IMG/VR virus record: IMGVR_UViG_3300027792_000021
Location: 1 to 57,000 of that record
From: a virus
Lineage: Duplodnaviria > Caudoviricetes
Length of the DNA stretch: 57,000 nt
Reading direction: 5' to 3' (one strand)
Numbering within the stretch: position 1 is the first letter of the stretch; each line of letters opens with the position of its first letter. This document shows, piece after piece, positions 48,286 through 57,000 of the stretch. The notes below the pieces were generated by a model, which had not been told where the DNA came from, ran no database searches, and saw only the letters and a list, made by a program, of their open reading frames with translations. The translations under genes were made by a program, and so were the position numbers.

Positions 48286-48633
48286 ATGAAATTCGAGAAT
48301 ATAAAGGTTGGTGATGTTGTTGCAATGAGAGGTTTTGGCAGTCTTATAAAATGCAAAGTAACTCGAATCTTCCTGACCTCATTAGAAGTTGATAACAGCT
48401 GTGCAAGATATTCTATCGAAACAGGAAATGAAGTAGGTAAATATGGGCTTTTGAGATCAAGTGTTGAACCTTGGACTAATGCACATGATGAAGAGTTAAG
48501 AAAAGAAGAGGATTGGAAAACAAAACGTGTCCTTGTCAGAAAGATAGAGAATTATGACTGGTATTCACTGACCGTTGACAAATTGAAAAAAGTAATTTCT
48601 GCGCTCAAAGAAATAGGGGTTGATGTAGAATGA
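48286..48633 (+). CDS. Hypothetical protein
   Basis: GGAGG RBS; IKVGDVV SH3-like start. Confidence 0.6.
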   Translation: MKFENIKVGDVVAMRGFGSLIKCKVTRIFLTSLEVDNSCARYSIETGNEVGKYGLLRSSVEPWTNAHDEELRKEEDWKTKRVLVRKIENYDWYSLTVDKLKKVISALKEIGVDVE

Positions 48634-49484
48634 ACATAACTAATCGCCTTAATCTTCCCTTGCCTATTGTCCGTGCCGTAACCAATGATCCTTATAGCCA
48701 ACGGGGGGATATAAGTGTTACTGGTCTTATCCAACCGCCACGGATCAGGCAACTTGCTATCCGGCACGGGAATAATATAACTATAGACGTTGCAGACCGG
48801 ATATGGCCGTTATTAGGTTCCAATGTTCATTATATTCTGGAACGTGCCCAGGTAGGCAATGCCCTTCAGGAAGAACCTTTATCTATGGGAATGTTTGGGT
48901 GGACTGTAACCGGCAAACCAGACCTGTATTATGATGAAATTCTCTATGACTTTAAAGTAACATCTGTCTGGTCATTCATTAATGGCGTTAAAGCTGAATG
49001 GGAATCTCAGTTGAATTGTTATGCAGGATTATTGCGCTACTATGCATTCGATGTAAAGGCTCTTGCCATTATTGCCATACTCAGGGATTGGTCAAAACAT
49101 CAAGTATGCAAATCAGCAAATTATCCAAAGACACAGGCAGTCGTTATGCCGGTCAAATTATGGGAATCAGAGAAAACTTGGGAATATATGAAAGAACGCA
49201 TAAAAATACACCAAGAAGCTGAACATATGGCAGATACAGATTTGCCGATATGCACGGCTGAAGAGAGATGGGAAAAGAAAACACAATATGCCGTAACCAT
49301 AAAGGGACAGAAAAGAGCAAAGAGATTATTGCCTACAATGGAAGAAGCCCAAAAATGGGGGGAGGAAAATATCAAAGACAAGAAATGGGAAATAATTACA
49401 AGACCAGGTGAATCTGTAAGGTGCTGTCACTATTGCGATGTGTCAAAAATATGTGGATTATTCCAAAATAAGGAGGATATGTAA
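48630..49484 (+). CDS. PD-(D/E)XK Cas4-like exonuclease
   Basis: GSNVH, GKPDL, DFKVT, QLNCY, RC..YC.V...C. Confidence 0.85.
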   Translation: MNITNRLNLPLPIVRAVTNDPYSQRGDISVTGLIQPPRIRQLAIRHGNNITIDVADRIWPLLGSNVHYILERAQVGNALQEEPLSMGMFGWTVTGKPDLYYDEILYDFKVTSVWSFINGVKAEWESQLNCYAGLLRYYAFDVKALAIIAILRDWSKHQVCKSANYPKTQAVVMPVKLWESEKTWEYMKERIKIHQEAEHMADTDLPICTAEERWEKKTQYAVTIKGQKRAKRLLPTMEEAQKWGEENIKDKKWEIITRPGESVRCCHYCDVSKICGLFQNKEDM

Positions 49485-49820
49485 ATGGAGTGGATACAAG
49501 TAAATGATTATGATGCCGTTGCCATAGATATTTACAAAGAGAAAATATCTATTGTGGGAGGGCAAGTTGCCAAGAATGATGCAATCTATACCAAATGGGC
49601 AATAGCGTCTCAGTATGATAGAGATGCCGGTGGCCCTGTACCAATGACTAAAAAAGACGGCAGTTATCAAGCCATGCCGGTTAAGGTCATGCTTGGTAAT
49701 ACAGAACAGGCATTGGATAATCTTGATAAGCTGAGGGCACAGATTATAGAGATTATTGGACAAACATCGGAAGAGACAAGTGATTACCATAGACATGAAG
49801 ATCCTGATGTGCCATTTTAA
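49485..49820 (+). CDS. Putative ssDNA-binding protein
   Basis: Acidic DPDVPF C-terminus; between nuclease and ERF genes. Confidence 0.55.
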   Translation: MEWIQVNDYDAVAIDIYKEKISIVGGQVAKNDAIYTKWAIASQYDRDAGGPVPMTKKDGSYQAMPVKVMLGNTEQALDNLDKLRAQIIEIIGQTSEETSDYHRHEDPDVPF

Positions 49821-49829
49821 GGAGGGGAT

Positions 49830-50618
49830 ATGAGTTTACTGCAACAGATCCAGTCAAGACTGAAGGCCCCAAAGTCACAGGTTAATGAGTTTGGAGGATT
49901 TAAATACAGAAGCTTGGAGGATATACTTGAATCAGCCAAGCCTATTTTGGAGGAACTTGAATGCTCTATCGTTATAGGAGATGAAATCAGGCAATTAGGT
50001 GACAGGTATTATGTAGTGGCTGAAGCGTCTTTGTATGGGCCTGACATGACCCTGGTTAAATCGACAAAGGCTTATGCGAGGGAACCACTGTCTAAAAAAG
50101 GAATGGACGAAGCACAGGTAACAGGTGCTACATCAAGTTATGCAAGAAAATATGCAGTTAATGGGTTGCTTGCTATAGATGATACCAAAGACCCTGATAC
50201 ACAAGATAATAGTAAGGCTGATGATAAGCAGGGCAAGCAATCTAATACACAAAAAACTACTAACCAAAAGAAACAACCTGCGCCACCGATTAAACAACCT
50301 ACGGCTGATGAGATTATTGATCTTGCCAGCAGTATGATGACTGAAACAGAACTTAGAGAATTATATCGGGAAAAGGAATTATCCATTAACAAGTTACCAA
50401 AAGAAGATAAAGCAAGAGTAATAAACGCATTTACTAACCGCAAACTTTATCTTCTGCCAGACGAAGCGAAGGATGCCATAGCTCTTCTTAATACGGCAAC
50501 ATCAGAGCATTTAGACGAGTTTATGGATGCCCTGAGCCCGCAACTGGAAAAGATGCCTGAAGCAGACAGGAAGTATGTAGAGGACTATTACCTGAAACTG
50601 AAAGGAGGGAGTAAGTGA
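49830..50618 (+). CDS. erf: ERF-family ssDNA annealing protein
   Basis: LKAPKSQ.N.FG..KYRS.EDIL; AQ.TGATSSYARKYA..GL..IDD.KDPD. Confidence 0.92.
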   Translation: MSLLQQIQSRLKAPKSQVNEFGGFKYRSLEDILESAKPILEELECSIVIGDEIRQLGDRYYVVAEASLYGPDMTLVKSTKAYAREPLSKKGMDEAQVTGATSSYARKYAVNGLLAIDDTKDPDTQDNSKADDKQGKQSNTQKTTNQKKQPAPPIKQPTADEIIDLASSMMTETELRELYREKELSINKLPKEDKARVINAFTNRKLYLLPDEAKDAIALLNTATSEHLDEFMDALSPQLEKMPEADRKYVEDYYLKLKGGSK

Positions 50619-50815
50619 AGAAACTATTTTTAGCCATAGCAATACTAATCCTATTATTAGGATGTAGTGATCCTAAAACAGTTGAGGATGTAGACATGAC
50701 ATATAGAATTGCAGAAGCATCTTTTAATTTTGGGTATTCTGCTTGCGAAGCAAATACCCCAAGAGAAGAGGCTCGTAAGGAATTAAGGCGAATATTTTAT
50801 CCAATAAATAAATAA
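50615..50815 (+). CDS. Putative lipoprotein
   Basis: LLGC lipobox. Confidence 0.6.
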   Translation: MKKLFLAIAILILLLGCSDPKTVEDVDMTYRIAEASFNFGYSACEANTPREEARKELRRIFYPINK

Positions 50816-50827
50816 AGGGGGCATAAA

Positions 50828-51145
50828 ATGGAAGAATTAAAACTTATTTTAGACACAATATCACAAACCACTGGAGCAGCTAAACAGTTTGGTTTTCTGT
50901 GGTTAGGGCTTGAGACAATGAAAGCAATTTTGGCATATTTATTGGCCTTTAGTGCTTTCCTGTTGGCATATAAATTGATTGACAGGATAATAAAAGCATT
51001 CCAAGATGATAATTTTGCAAGCAACCTAAGAGCTATAGTTTCACCAAAAGACAATTACGGTCCTCTTACTTGCAACGAAAAAGCTATTATATTGAGCGCA
51101 GTAAAAAGAGGAATATCTCAAAATCATGAAGGAGAATTAAAATGA
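50828..51145 (+). CDS. Membrane protein
   Basis: Central hydrophobic segment. Confidence 0.55.
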   Translation: MEELKLILDTISQTTGAAKQFGFLWLGLETMKAILAYLLAFSAFLLAYKLIDRIIKAFQDDNFASNLRAIVSPKDNYGPLTCNEKAIILSAVKRGISQNHEGELK

Positions 51146-51396
51146 AGAAACTATTTTTAGCTTTAACCATGTCCATAGTGCTATTATCAACATCAGCTAT
51201 TGCAACTGAGGAAAAGGCCAAAGAAGAACCTGTGAAATATGAGGTTACTATTGCCGTGGCTTACAATGCAGTTACGGCAGAGGAAGCTGCCAAGATACAG
51301 AAAGCGGCTCTCATGGCCCATAGGGACGCTTGCAAGGTCGAGATTAAAAGTGTTAGAGGTGGGAATACCTTATATATTGCTACAGTAGTAGAATAA
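51142..51396 (+). CDS. Small secreted protein
   Basis: Signal peptide MKKLFLALTMSIVLLSTSAIA. Confidence 0.65.
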   Translation: MKKLFLALTMSIVLLSTSAIATEEKAKEEPVKYEVTIAVAYNAVTAEEAAKIQKAALMAHRDACKVEIKSVRGGNTLYIATVVE

Positions 51397-51816
51397 AGGA
51401 GATACTAAATGAGAAAAGAAGCCGTTGAAGAAGCTCTACTTTTAGCACAAACATTTATTGATAGAGGAGGAAAACTCACAAAAAGAGATTACTTTAGCGA
51501 TGGCACTAAACGAACGGCTGCCCTCAGACGTGCCAGCATGGAATTAACACGAGCACTGACTGAGATGCGGAAGTCATAATAAATTTGGGGAAATGCAAAA
51601 AACCTTGCAAGTTAAAGTTGTTAAACAACTAAAGCCAACAGATTGGAAAACTCGTTGTAAAATAAACTAGAGATAACGATACCTCATCCATCTAATTAGA
51701 GCCTGTGAAGCATTGAATCTGTAGTGGTGATACAGACCCCAATATACTTTTATTTAATTACATGATATTATAGCCCTGAGCCTGCCCAGGGTATAACTGG
51801 CAGGCAAGGAGGGAAA

Positions 51817-52059
51817 TTGAAAATATTAATCTTGGTAAGTATAATTACATGGTCATTTGGTGGAGGGTATCAAGATAGACCATCTGCTAAAATTGTTTCA
51901 AGCATTGAGAATGCTGCTTTATCAGTTTTTGTAGATACGCAAAAAGATAGCATTCTTACTGAACCAGATCAGAAAAAGTACAAGTTATATGAACTTGATA
52001 TAACAACAAATAAAGTAACAGAGATAAAGATACCTGAATTGATTTTTAAGGTAGAATAA
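51817..52059 (+). CDS. Hypothetical protein
   Basis: TTG start, AAGGAGG RBS. Confidence 0.55.
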   Translation: MKILILVSIITWSFGGGYQDRPSAKIVSSIENAALSVFVDTQKDSILTEPDQKKYKLYELDITTNKVTEIKIPELIFKVE

Positions 52060-52390
52060 ATGAAAATATTTGGTTATACAATAGCTGATGTTAAAATTGA
52101 CCTATGGACGATAGTCTCTGTCCCTGCCGCCATTTATTTATGCTGGTCAGGTAAGGTAAGTTGGTGGACATTTCTATTAATTGTTCTGTGGTCATTTAGT
52201 TGTTATGCCACGGTTAAACAAAAATAGAAAAAGCATTGCGTGAATTAGTGTGTAACCGTGCCTAACTATTCTACCGGAGCCACATTATTCGGTTTCTTTA
52301 TGATGATGTTTACAGTGCTATTTATACTGCCGATGGCTCTGGTAGTATATATCGTGGGAAATTTAGCAGAATGGATAATAAGGAGGCAAG

Positions 52391-53029
52391 ATGATACAAA
52401 ATTTTATACATAGACAGATCCAGAAATATGCCGCCAGTAAGAAGGGTAAAAAATATCATCTGTCTTTTGACTACTGGCATAAACTTATCTGGTTTAGAAT
52501 AGCCAAGTGCGCTACAAGATCAATAGATGAAGTGCTACATATCTATCCTGAATATGAATATCGGCCACGGGGAAATTACTTCCCTTGGTTGTACCGATAT
52601 TATTTCAAGTTCACATTCATTAGAAATCCTATAGATCGTCTTAAATCCTGTTATCTTGATAAGGTAGTAGCTGAAGTTCCTTTTCAATCAAGATACCATA
52701 CATTTTACAGGGAACGATATTTCCCTAAAATGGATATAAATACCTTCATAGAATATGTATCAGTTAAAGACCTTAATTCCCCATACACTGATGAGCATAT
52801 TCGATCTCAAGTGTCTATGCTTAATCTGCCGGATATAGATTTTATTGGCAGAGTTGAGAACTTTGAAACTGACTTTAGAACAGTATTAAAAGTTGCCGGT
52901 ATTCCTGTAGCAAATATCCCTCACATAAACAAGAGTAAAGGTGAGTTAGAATTAACGTCTGTGCAGGAATCTAAGATTAAAAAGATGTACAGAAAAGACT
53001 ATGAACTATGGGAAGATGACAGAAGGTAA
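52391..53029 (+). CDS. Sulfotransferase family 2 (carbohydrate sulfotransferase-like)
   Basis: 5'-PSB WFRIAKCATRSI; 3'-PB FTFIRNP.DRL.S.Y; HIRSQ; DFIGRVEN...DF; Y..DYEL. Confidence 0.88.
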   Translation: MIQNFIHRQIQKYAASKKGKKYHLSFDYWHKLIWFRIAKCATRSIDEVLHIYPEYEYRPRGNYFPWLYRYYFKFTFIRNPIDRLKSCYLDKVVAEVPFQSRYHTFYRERYFPKMDINTFIEYVSVKDLNSPYTDEHIRSQVSMLNLPDIDFIGRVENFETDFRTVLKVAGIPVANIPHINKSKGELELTSVQESKIKKMYRKDYELWEDDRR

Positions 53030-53254
53030 AGGAGGAATAAATGAAAGACAAAATTAATGCAGAAGAATGGACCACTGAATCTATATTTAATATTTGTAGG
53101 TTCCTTAGATATTGGGGAATACAAAGTGAAAAGTTCCCTAATGAATATCCTAAATCTATGAACCGAGGGGATTGGGATGAGCAATTTGATTCATTCCAAT
53201 ATGAGAAGGAATAGCATCGATTCATCATCAAGTTTCATGTAAATGGGGGCTAAT

Positions 53255-53440
53255 ATGAAATTACAGGAAGAACGTGAATGGTGGGAGATGCGAATAAAAT
53301 ATCCATTTGTCGGTGATATGCAAAAACGATTAGATAAGTTTCAGCAGAAACTAATAATTGCAGGAGAAGAACCTATATTTGTTCCACAGTATGATAATTC
53401 AAAAACCTTGTGTAAGTCTATATTGGGATTTGACATATAA
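53255..53440 (+). CDS. Hypothetical protein
   Basis: Last plus-strand ORF, converging on the lysis genes. Confidence 0.45.
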   Translation: MKLQEEREWWEMRIKYPFVGDMQKRLDKFQQKLIIAGEEPIFVPQYDNSKTLCKSILGFDI

Positions 53441-53444
53441 CTAA

Positions 53445-53948
53445 CTAAGCCTTGCAAAAACGATTCCAGTTCTCGATGAACTCTTCTACTGTTCCCTTTT
53501 CAGGGTTCCGGTTCCACCACTTGTTCCAATATTCACCAAGACCTGTTATGTCGTATGCATCCGGCAATGGATCTGGAGCTATCCAGTAGTAGTACCTTGC
53601 TATACAGATTGCATACCTTAGATTATATACCAATGCATAATTGTTATGGCTTGAATCAACTCCAGTTAAAGAAATTAATCTGTTTCGTCTCTTCGGTTTA
53701 TATTTTAACTCATTATCCCAAATAGAATGCTGTGTTAGTTTTTCCATCTGAAAGGGACCAAGGCCGCCTTTACCAAAAGAAATGCCTCTCTGGTAGAAGT
53801 ATGTCCCAAAATGAGACTCCTGAGCAGCCGTTCCAAGCATCAAATTAACAGCCGAAGGTGCGCATAATTCGGGATGTTGTTCATTAAGGGAAAAATCTCT
53901 TATTGTTTCCCAAATTAACTGTTTAAACTGGGCATAATTATAAGCCAT
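53445..53948 (-). CDS. Putative endolysin (lysozyme/transglycosylase-like fold)
   Basis: LMLGTAAQES (catalytic ES), GLGPFQME; end of late operon. Confidence 0.7.
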   Translation of the reverse strand: MAYNYAQFKQLIWETIRDFSLNEQHPELCAPSAVNLMLGTAAQESHFGTYFYQRGISFGKGGLGPFQMEKLTQHSIWDNELKYKPKRRNRLISLTGVDSSHNNYALVYNLRYAICIARYYYWIAPDPLPDAYDITGLGEYWNKWWNRNPEKGTVEEFIENWNRFCKA

Positions 53949-54220
53949 TATGGTATAGCCGCTCCTGCCTTTAACAGTGTATCAATTATGCCAAGGGCCT
54001 TGCCAGTGTTATCCGGTCCTGGCTTAACTCCCTGAATATCCACTTCTACATCCTTGAATTTTACCTTAGCGGACTCAAACTCCCTTACTGAGTGAACCCT
54101 TGCTTTAGTAATTTCACCTGTAGTTGGATCGTAATGTTCAAAGTAATAATCCCCCCCTCCGCCATGCTGGGCACATCCTGCAAGTAGGAAAATAAATAAG
54201 ATACTATAGAGCTTTTTCAT
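53948..54220 (-). CDS. Lipoprotein (possible spanin component)
   Basis: LAGC lipobox; adjacent to endolysin. Confidence 0.65.
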   Translation of the reverse strand: MKKLYSILFIFLLAGCAQHGGGGDYYFEHYDPTTGEITKARVHSVREFESAKVKFKDVEVDIQGVKPGPDNTGKALGIIDTLLKAGAAIP

Positions 54221-54387
54221 TTATCTTTTTCTCCTCTGGGCCAAGAACAGTCTATATGAGCAGTCCAGCCCTCTCCCTTCTTTTTTACCGTAACCTCAAC
54301 ATCTATTCCGTTTTGAGTAAGAAAGTTGATCGCTTTATAGAAAGCTATCTTCAATTCTCTTTTTTCCTTATCAGTTATGGCTATCAT
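54217..54387 (-). CDS. 56-aa hypothetical protein (not in ORF track)
   Basis: MIAITDKEKRELKIAF...; ATGA coupling to the lipoprotein gene. Confidence 0.5.
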   Translation of the reverse strand: MIAITDKEKRELKIAFYKAINFLTQNGIDVEVTVKKKGEGWTAHIDCSWPRGEKDK

Positions 54388-54561
54388 CACAATACCGGCT
54401 TAATGGGCTTGTCGGAAACTCCCCTAAAGGCCCGCCTTGTTCTTGCCCTGTGTTCGGAGCTTACCCTGTTAAGGTGATCCCTTGTCCCTTGCTCAGCAAG
54501 AAATTTCTGAAGACCATTGAAGCTTTTAAACTCAGAATACACCAGTGTCAAGTCGTCTCTG

Positions 54562-55095
54562 TTAATATGCCTGTTCACGTTCCATTCTCCTATACCTGTT
54601 CCACGCAATCCACCCGAAACATCTAAGTATTGCCCAAAATCCTTTAGGTAAAATATGTATGCCACATGTAATAGTTGATAAGCACATAAACACATTATCC
54701 CAATATGCTCTTCCTGCACCGGCTAAATAATCATACCTGATTTCCTTGCCATCTTCATATTTGACTCCAATTAACTTATCATAGCGGCAAGCAAAATCGT
54801 GGAACAACCCAGGCACAAAGAATATACCAGTAGGAGAAAAAATAGGTCTGGTTAACTTAGGGAATGAGGCTCCATCAGTTACAAAATCTTTAAAGAATAC
54901 AATTCTTATCCCGTTTGGAAGGTCCACATACCAGTCTCTATTAAGTACCCATAGCTCACTGTTAAAGCCAAAGGACGACTTAATTCTTCCCCAATAACTC
55001 AGGTCTTTAGGAAGAAATACAGGGCTTAGAGATGGTTGGGAAACATCCCATGAACAATATTTACAAGTATTCCAGATTTTAGGATACTTTGTCAT
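54562..55095 (-). CDS. DUF1353-like protein
   Basis: FVTDGASFP...P.G......HD..C.Y; AILRCFGW.AW. Confidence 0.78.
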   Translation of the reverse strand: MTKYPKIWNTCKYCSWDVSQPSLSPVFLPKDLSYWGRIKSSFGFNSELWVLNRDWYVDLPNGIRIVFFKDFVTDGASFPKLTRPIFSPTGIFFVPGLFHDFACRYDKLIGVKYEDGKEIRYDYLAGAGRAYWDNVFMCLSTITCGIHILPKGFWAILRCFGWIAWNRYRRMEREQAY

Positions 55096-55096
55096 T
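54940..55096. repeat. Direct repeat copy 2
   Basis: 156/157 identical to 1-157. Confidence 0.97.
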
Positions 55097-55298
55097 GATT
55101 ACTTCCCCATTGACGCATAATATCCGTTATTGCACTTGCCAGTTGCTCTTGTTGATTTTTAGGCCCATCTATCTCTATAATTCTGTTTTCAAAATCAAGA
55201 TTAGTTATCTTACAACCATACCTGAATGCAAGGGCATTGATTGCGTTGATAAATACTAACTCCGTATCTTCCGGCATAGTGTCTTCATGAACTGCCAT
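55092..55298 (-). CDS. Hypothetical protein (cassette B)
   Basis: GAGG RBS; ATGA coupling. Confidence 0.6.
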   Translation of the reverse strand: MAVHEDTMPEDTELVFINAINALAFRYGCKITNLDFENRIIEIDGPKNQQEQLASAITDIMRQWGSNQ

Positions 55299-55315
55299 GA
55301 TTTATACCTCTATCC

Positions 55316-55750
55316 TTAGTTTACCCTTAAACCAGTAGCCACATCAGGTGCTACGAAGTAGCTTAGCCCGAATACCTTTCCTTCATAAACTATCTCAGGT
55401 TCATCAGACCAGCCGATCCGTGATTTAGTAACATCAACCCCATTCACAAGCCGGACAGTCTGTAACCCTACATAATATTTACTTTCAATGTCGTTGATAC
55501 TAAAGGTAATCGTTGCCGTATTTTCTGTCGTAGCAGCCTTCAGGATAGGATTGGTCTTTGCTATGTCAGCTTCGAGAGCGACAAACACATTATAAGAAAT
55601 GGTGTCCCCATCAGGTATATCCGCTCCATTTACCAGATCAGTTACGGGGGACCAAGTTACCACCGAAGAGTTTGTTGGTATCCAGTCCATAGCAAAACAT
55701 GGTATTGCAAATAAACATGATAAAATAATTGATGCAAAGAGCTTTCTCAT
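55316..55750 (-). CDS. Secreted FN3-like protein (cassette B)
   Basis: Signal peptide MRKLFASIILSCLFAIPCFA; VTW...YNVF...YYVG pattern. Confidence 0.65.
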   Translation of the reverse strand: MRKLFASIILSCLFAIPCFAMDWIPTNSSVVTWSPVTDLVNGADIPDGDTISYNVFVALEADIAKTNPILKAATTENTATITFSINDIESKYYVGLQTVRLVNGVDVTKSRIGWSDEPEIVYEGKVFGLSYFVAPDVATGLRVN

Positions 55751-55763
55751 TTAGTCTCCTTTT

Positions 55764-55931
55764 TTACTTCTTATCTTTGGTAAAAGCACCTATTGCCCCA
55801 ATTAATGCAAGACCAGCTGTAATAATCAGTTGCATCTGTTCAGGGGAAATACTTATTCCGAGTGCAGTTAAAAGGGCAACAATACCCCGCCAAGTAGATG
55901 GTTCTGATAATCGATCTAAAATATTATTCAT
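55764..55931 (-). CDS. Two-TM holin-like protein (cassette B)
   Basis: MNNILDRLSEPSTWRG..., two TMs, basic tail; AAGGAG RBS. Confidence 0.7.
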   Translation of the reverse strand: MNNILDRLSEPSTWRGIVALLTALGISISPEQMQLIITAGLALIGAIGAFTKDKK

Positions 55932-55944
55932 AGTTTTTCTCCTT

Positions 55945-56433
55945 TTAATGCACAAAGATTTTAAATAAAAATATGAGCAAGCCAAGAAGGGCTTGGACTG
56001 CCAGCACTATACCAATTCCTATATTCAACGTTTTTGACTGGGCATCTGCTTTTTTATCTACAGTTTCCAGTTTAGATTCCAGTCCTTCTCTAATGGAATC
56101 TATTTTTGTATCTACCCTACTGGATAATGCTTCTATTTTAGATTCCAGCACTTCTTTGGTGGTAGTTAGTTTTGTGTCCGTTCCATTCACAGTGGCATAA
56201 GTAGCCTCTGCCCTGTCAATCCTTTTTTGAAAGTTATTGACCGTTTCAAAGTGTTTGTCAACCTGGGTCCTTGCTAAGTTCTCTGCCTCTTTTGCAACCT
56301 CTTTCGCCAGCTTAATACTGTCAATTATTGCATCCCACTTATCCTTTCTGAGTTCCTGGTCCTTCTGGACCTCGGTTTCCAGCCTTACAAGCCGTTCCAG
56401 TGTATCCCTGTCGGAGATATATTTCTCAGCCAT
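55945..56433 (-). CDS. Coiled-coil protein with C-terminal TM (cassette B)
   Basis: ERLVRLE heptads; C-terminal hydrophobic helix. Confidence 0.65.
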   Translation of the reverse strand: MAEKYISDRDTLERLVRLETEVQKDQELRKDKWDAIIDSIKLAKEVAKEAENLARTQVDKHFETVNNFQKRIDRAEATYATVNGTDTKLTTTKEVLESKIEALSSRVDTKIDSIREGLESKLETVDKKADAQSKTLNIGIGIVLAVQALLGLLIFLFKIFVH

Positions 56434-56671
56434 TTTGTATTTTCCCCGTTATCAGGCCATATAAAAGCCCCAATATAGCCGCTGTAAGAGTAGCTCCAGC
56501 AGTCCACCAAGATGCCCTTTTCATAGTGGTGGTTTCCCGTAGACTCTTTACGAATCTACAATTTTCCGCTGCTTCTTTAGAAGTCAATCCATGATTCTCA
56601 AAGAACTCTTCAAGAGCTATCCGCATTTCATTGCGGATAATGATTTTGTCTTCCTCAGTCATCATATTCAT
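56426..56671 (-). CDS. Small C-terminal-TM protein (cassette B)
   Basis: AAGGAG RBS; single TM. Confidence 0.6.
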   Translation of the reverse strand: MNMMTEEDKIIIRNEMRIALEEFFENHGLTSKEAAENCRFVKSLRETTTMKRASWWTAGATLTAAILGLLYGLITGKIQNG

Positions 56672-56694
56672 TATTTCTCCTTATGGAGCTTCGT
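56665..56694. repeat. Cassette boundary sequence, copy 2
   Basis: Matches 1647-1675 with a 1-nt indel. Confidence 0.85.
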
Positions 56695-56706
56695 GTTGAG
56701 TTTTCA

Positions 56707-57000
56707 TTATGGCGAGACCTCTGCAAAAGAGGAATTTTCATCACCAATTCTAAGCTCATCATAATAGATGGTCATTACTTGTGCATCTTCAAGCCATCCA
56801 TATATTCCCATTTGCAAATAAGGCCCCTGAACATCATTAAAGCAATTTCCCCCAGACCTATCTACTATTAAAACTCCATCTTTCCATATTTTTGTAAGAC
56901 CATCATTATCGTAATCCCAAACAATATGTAAAACAAAGTCAACCCATTTACCAACTTCATAAGGATCAAGAGTAGTCCATAATCCATTCGCTGTTTCATC
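56707..57000 (-). CDS. 3' end of polysaccharide-lyase-like protein, homologous to 1693-3351 (partial, not in ORF track)
   Basis: Manual translation YEVGKWVDFVLHIVWDYDNDGLTKIWKDG...YYDELRIGDENSSFAEVSP* aligns to YEIGEWVDFVVHVFFDYDNDGYLQIWKDG...YIDEYRLGDADSSYSEVAP. Confidence 0.88.
   Translation of the reverse strand, partial: DETANGLWTTLDPYEVGKWVDFVLHIVWDYDNDGLTKIWKDGVLIVDRSGGNCFNDVQGPYLQMGIYGWLEDAQVMTIYYDELRIGDENSSFAEVSP

Noticed and set aside
48630-49484. Cas4-like nuclease as sign of a CRISPR system
   Set aside because: No repeat-spacer array or other cas genes; it sits with ERF/SSB as an ordinary recombination exonuclease
51584-51745. tmRNA-like gene
   Set aside because: No tRNA-like domain or convincing tag peptide
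1-57000. Alternative genetic code or stop-codon recoding
   Set aside because: Core genes are full length and densely packed in the standard code

Overview
The window is essentially one complete circularly permuted genome of a tailed dsDNA phage with podovirus-like gene order. The unit length is about 54,939 bp: positions 1-157 recur at 54940-55096 with one mismatch. About 2 kb of a second, divergent version of the same lysis/secreted-protein locus follows at the right end. The minus strand carries packaging and morphogenesis genes (terS, terL, portal, scaffold, MCP, adaptor, nozzle, ejection proteins, fibres) and a replication/methylase arm. The plus strand carries an early small-ORF operon and a recombination arm (RusA-like, Cas4-like nuclease, SSB-like, ERF) ending in a sulfotransferase. 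I found no integrase, DNA polymerase, tRNA or CRISPR array. The most unusual features are: (1) six consecutive fibre-like or glycan-binding proteins at the distal end of the virion operon that all begin with Sec-type signal peptides, plus a Tat-signal PIG-L-like deacetylase; (2) two alternative gene cassettes between shared boundary sequences; (3) many candidate regulatory RNAs (anti-Shine-Dalgarno sRNA, attenuator, RBS-adjacent hairpins and pseudoknots). All product calls come from motif recognition and synteny by eye; no database searches were run.
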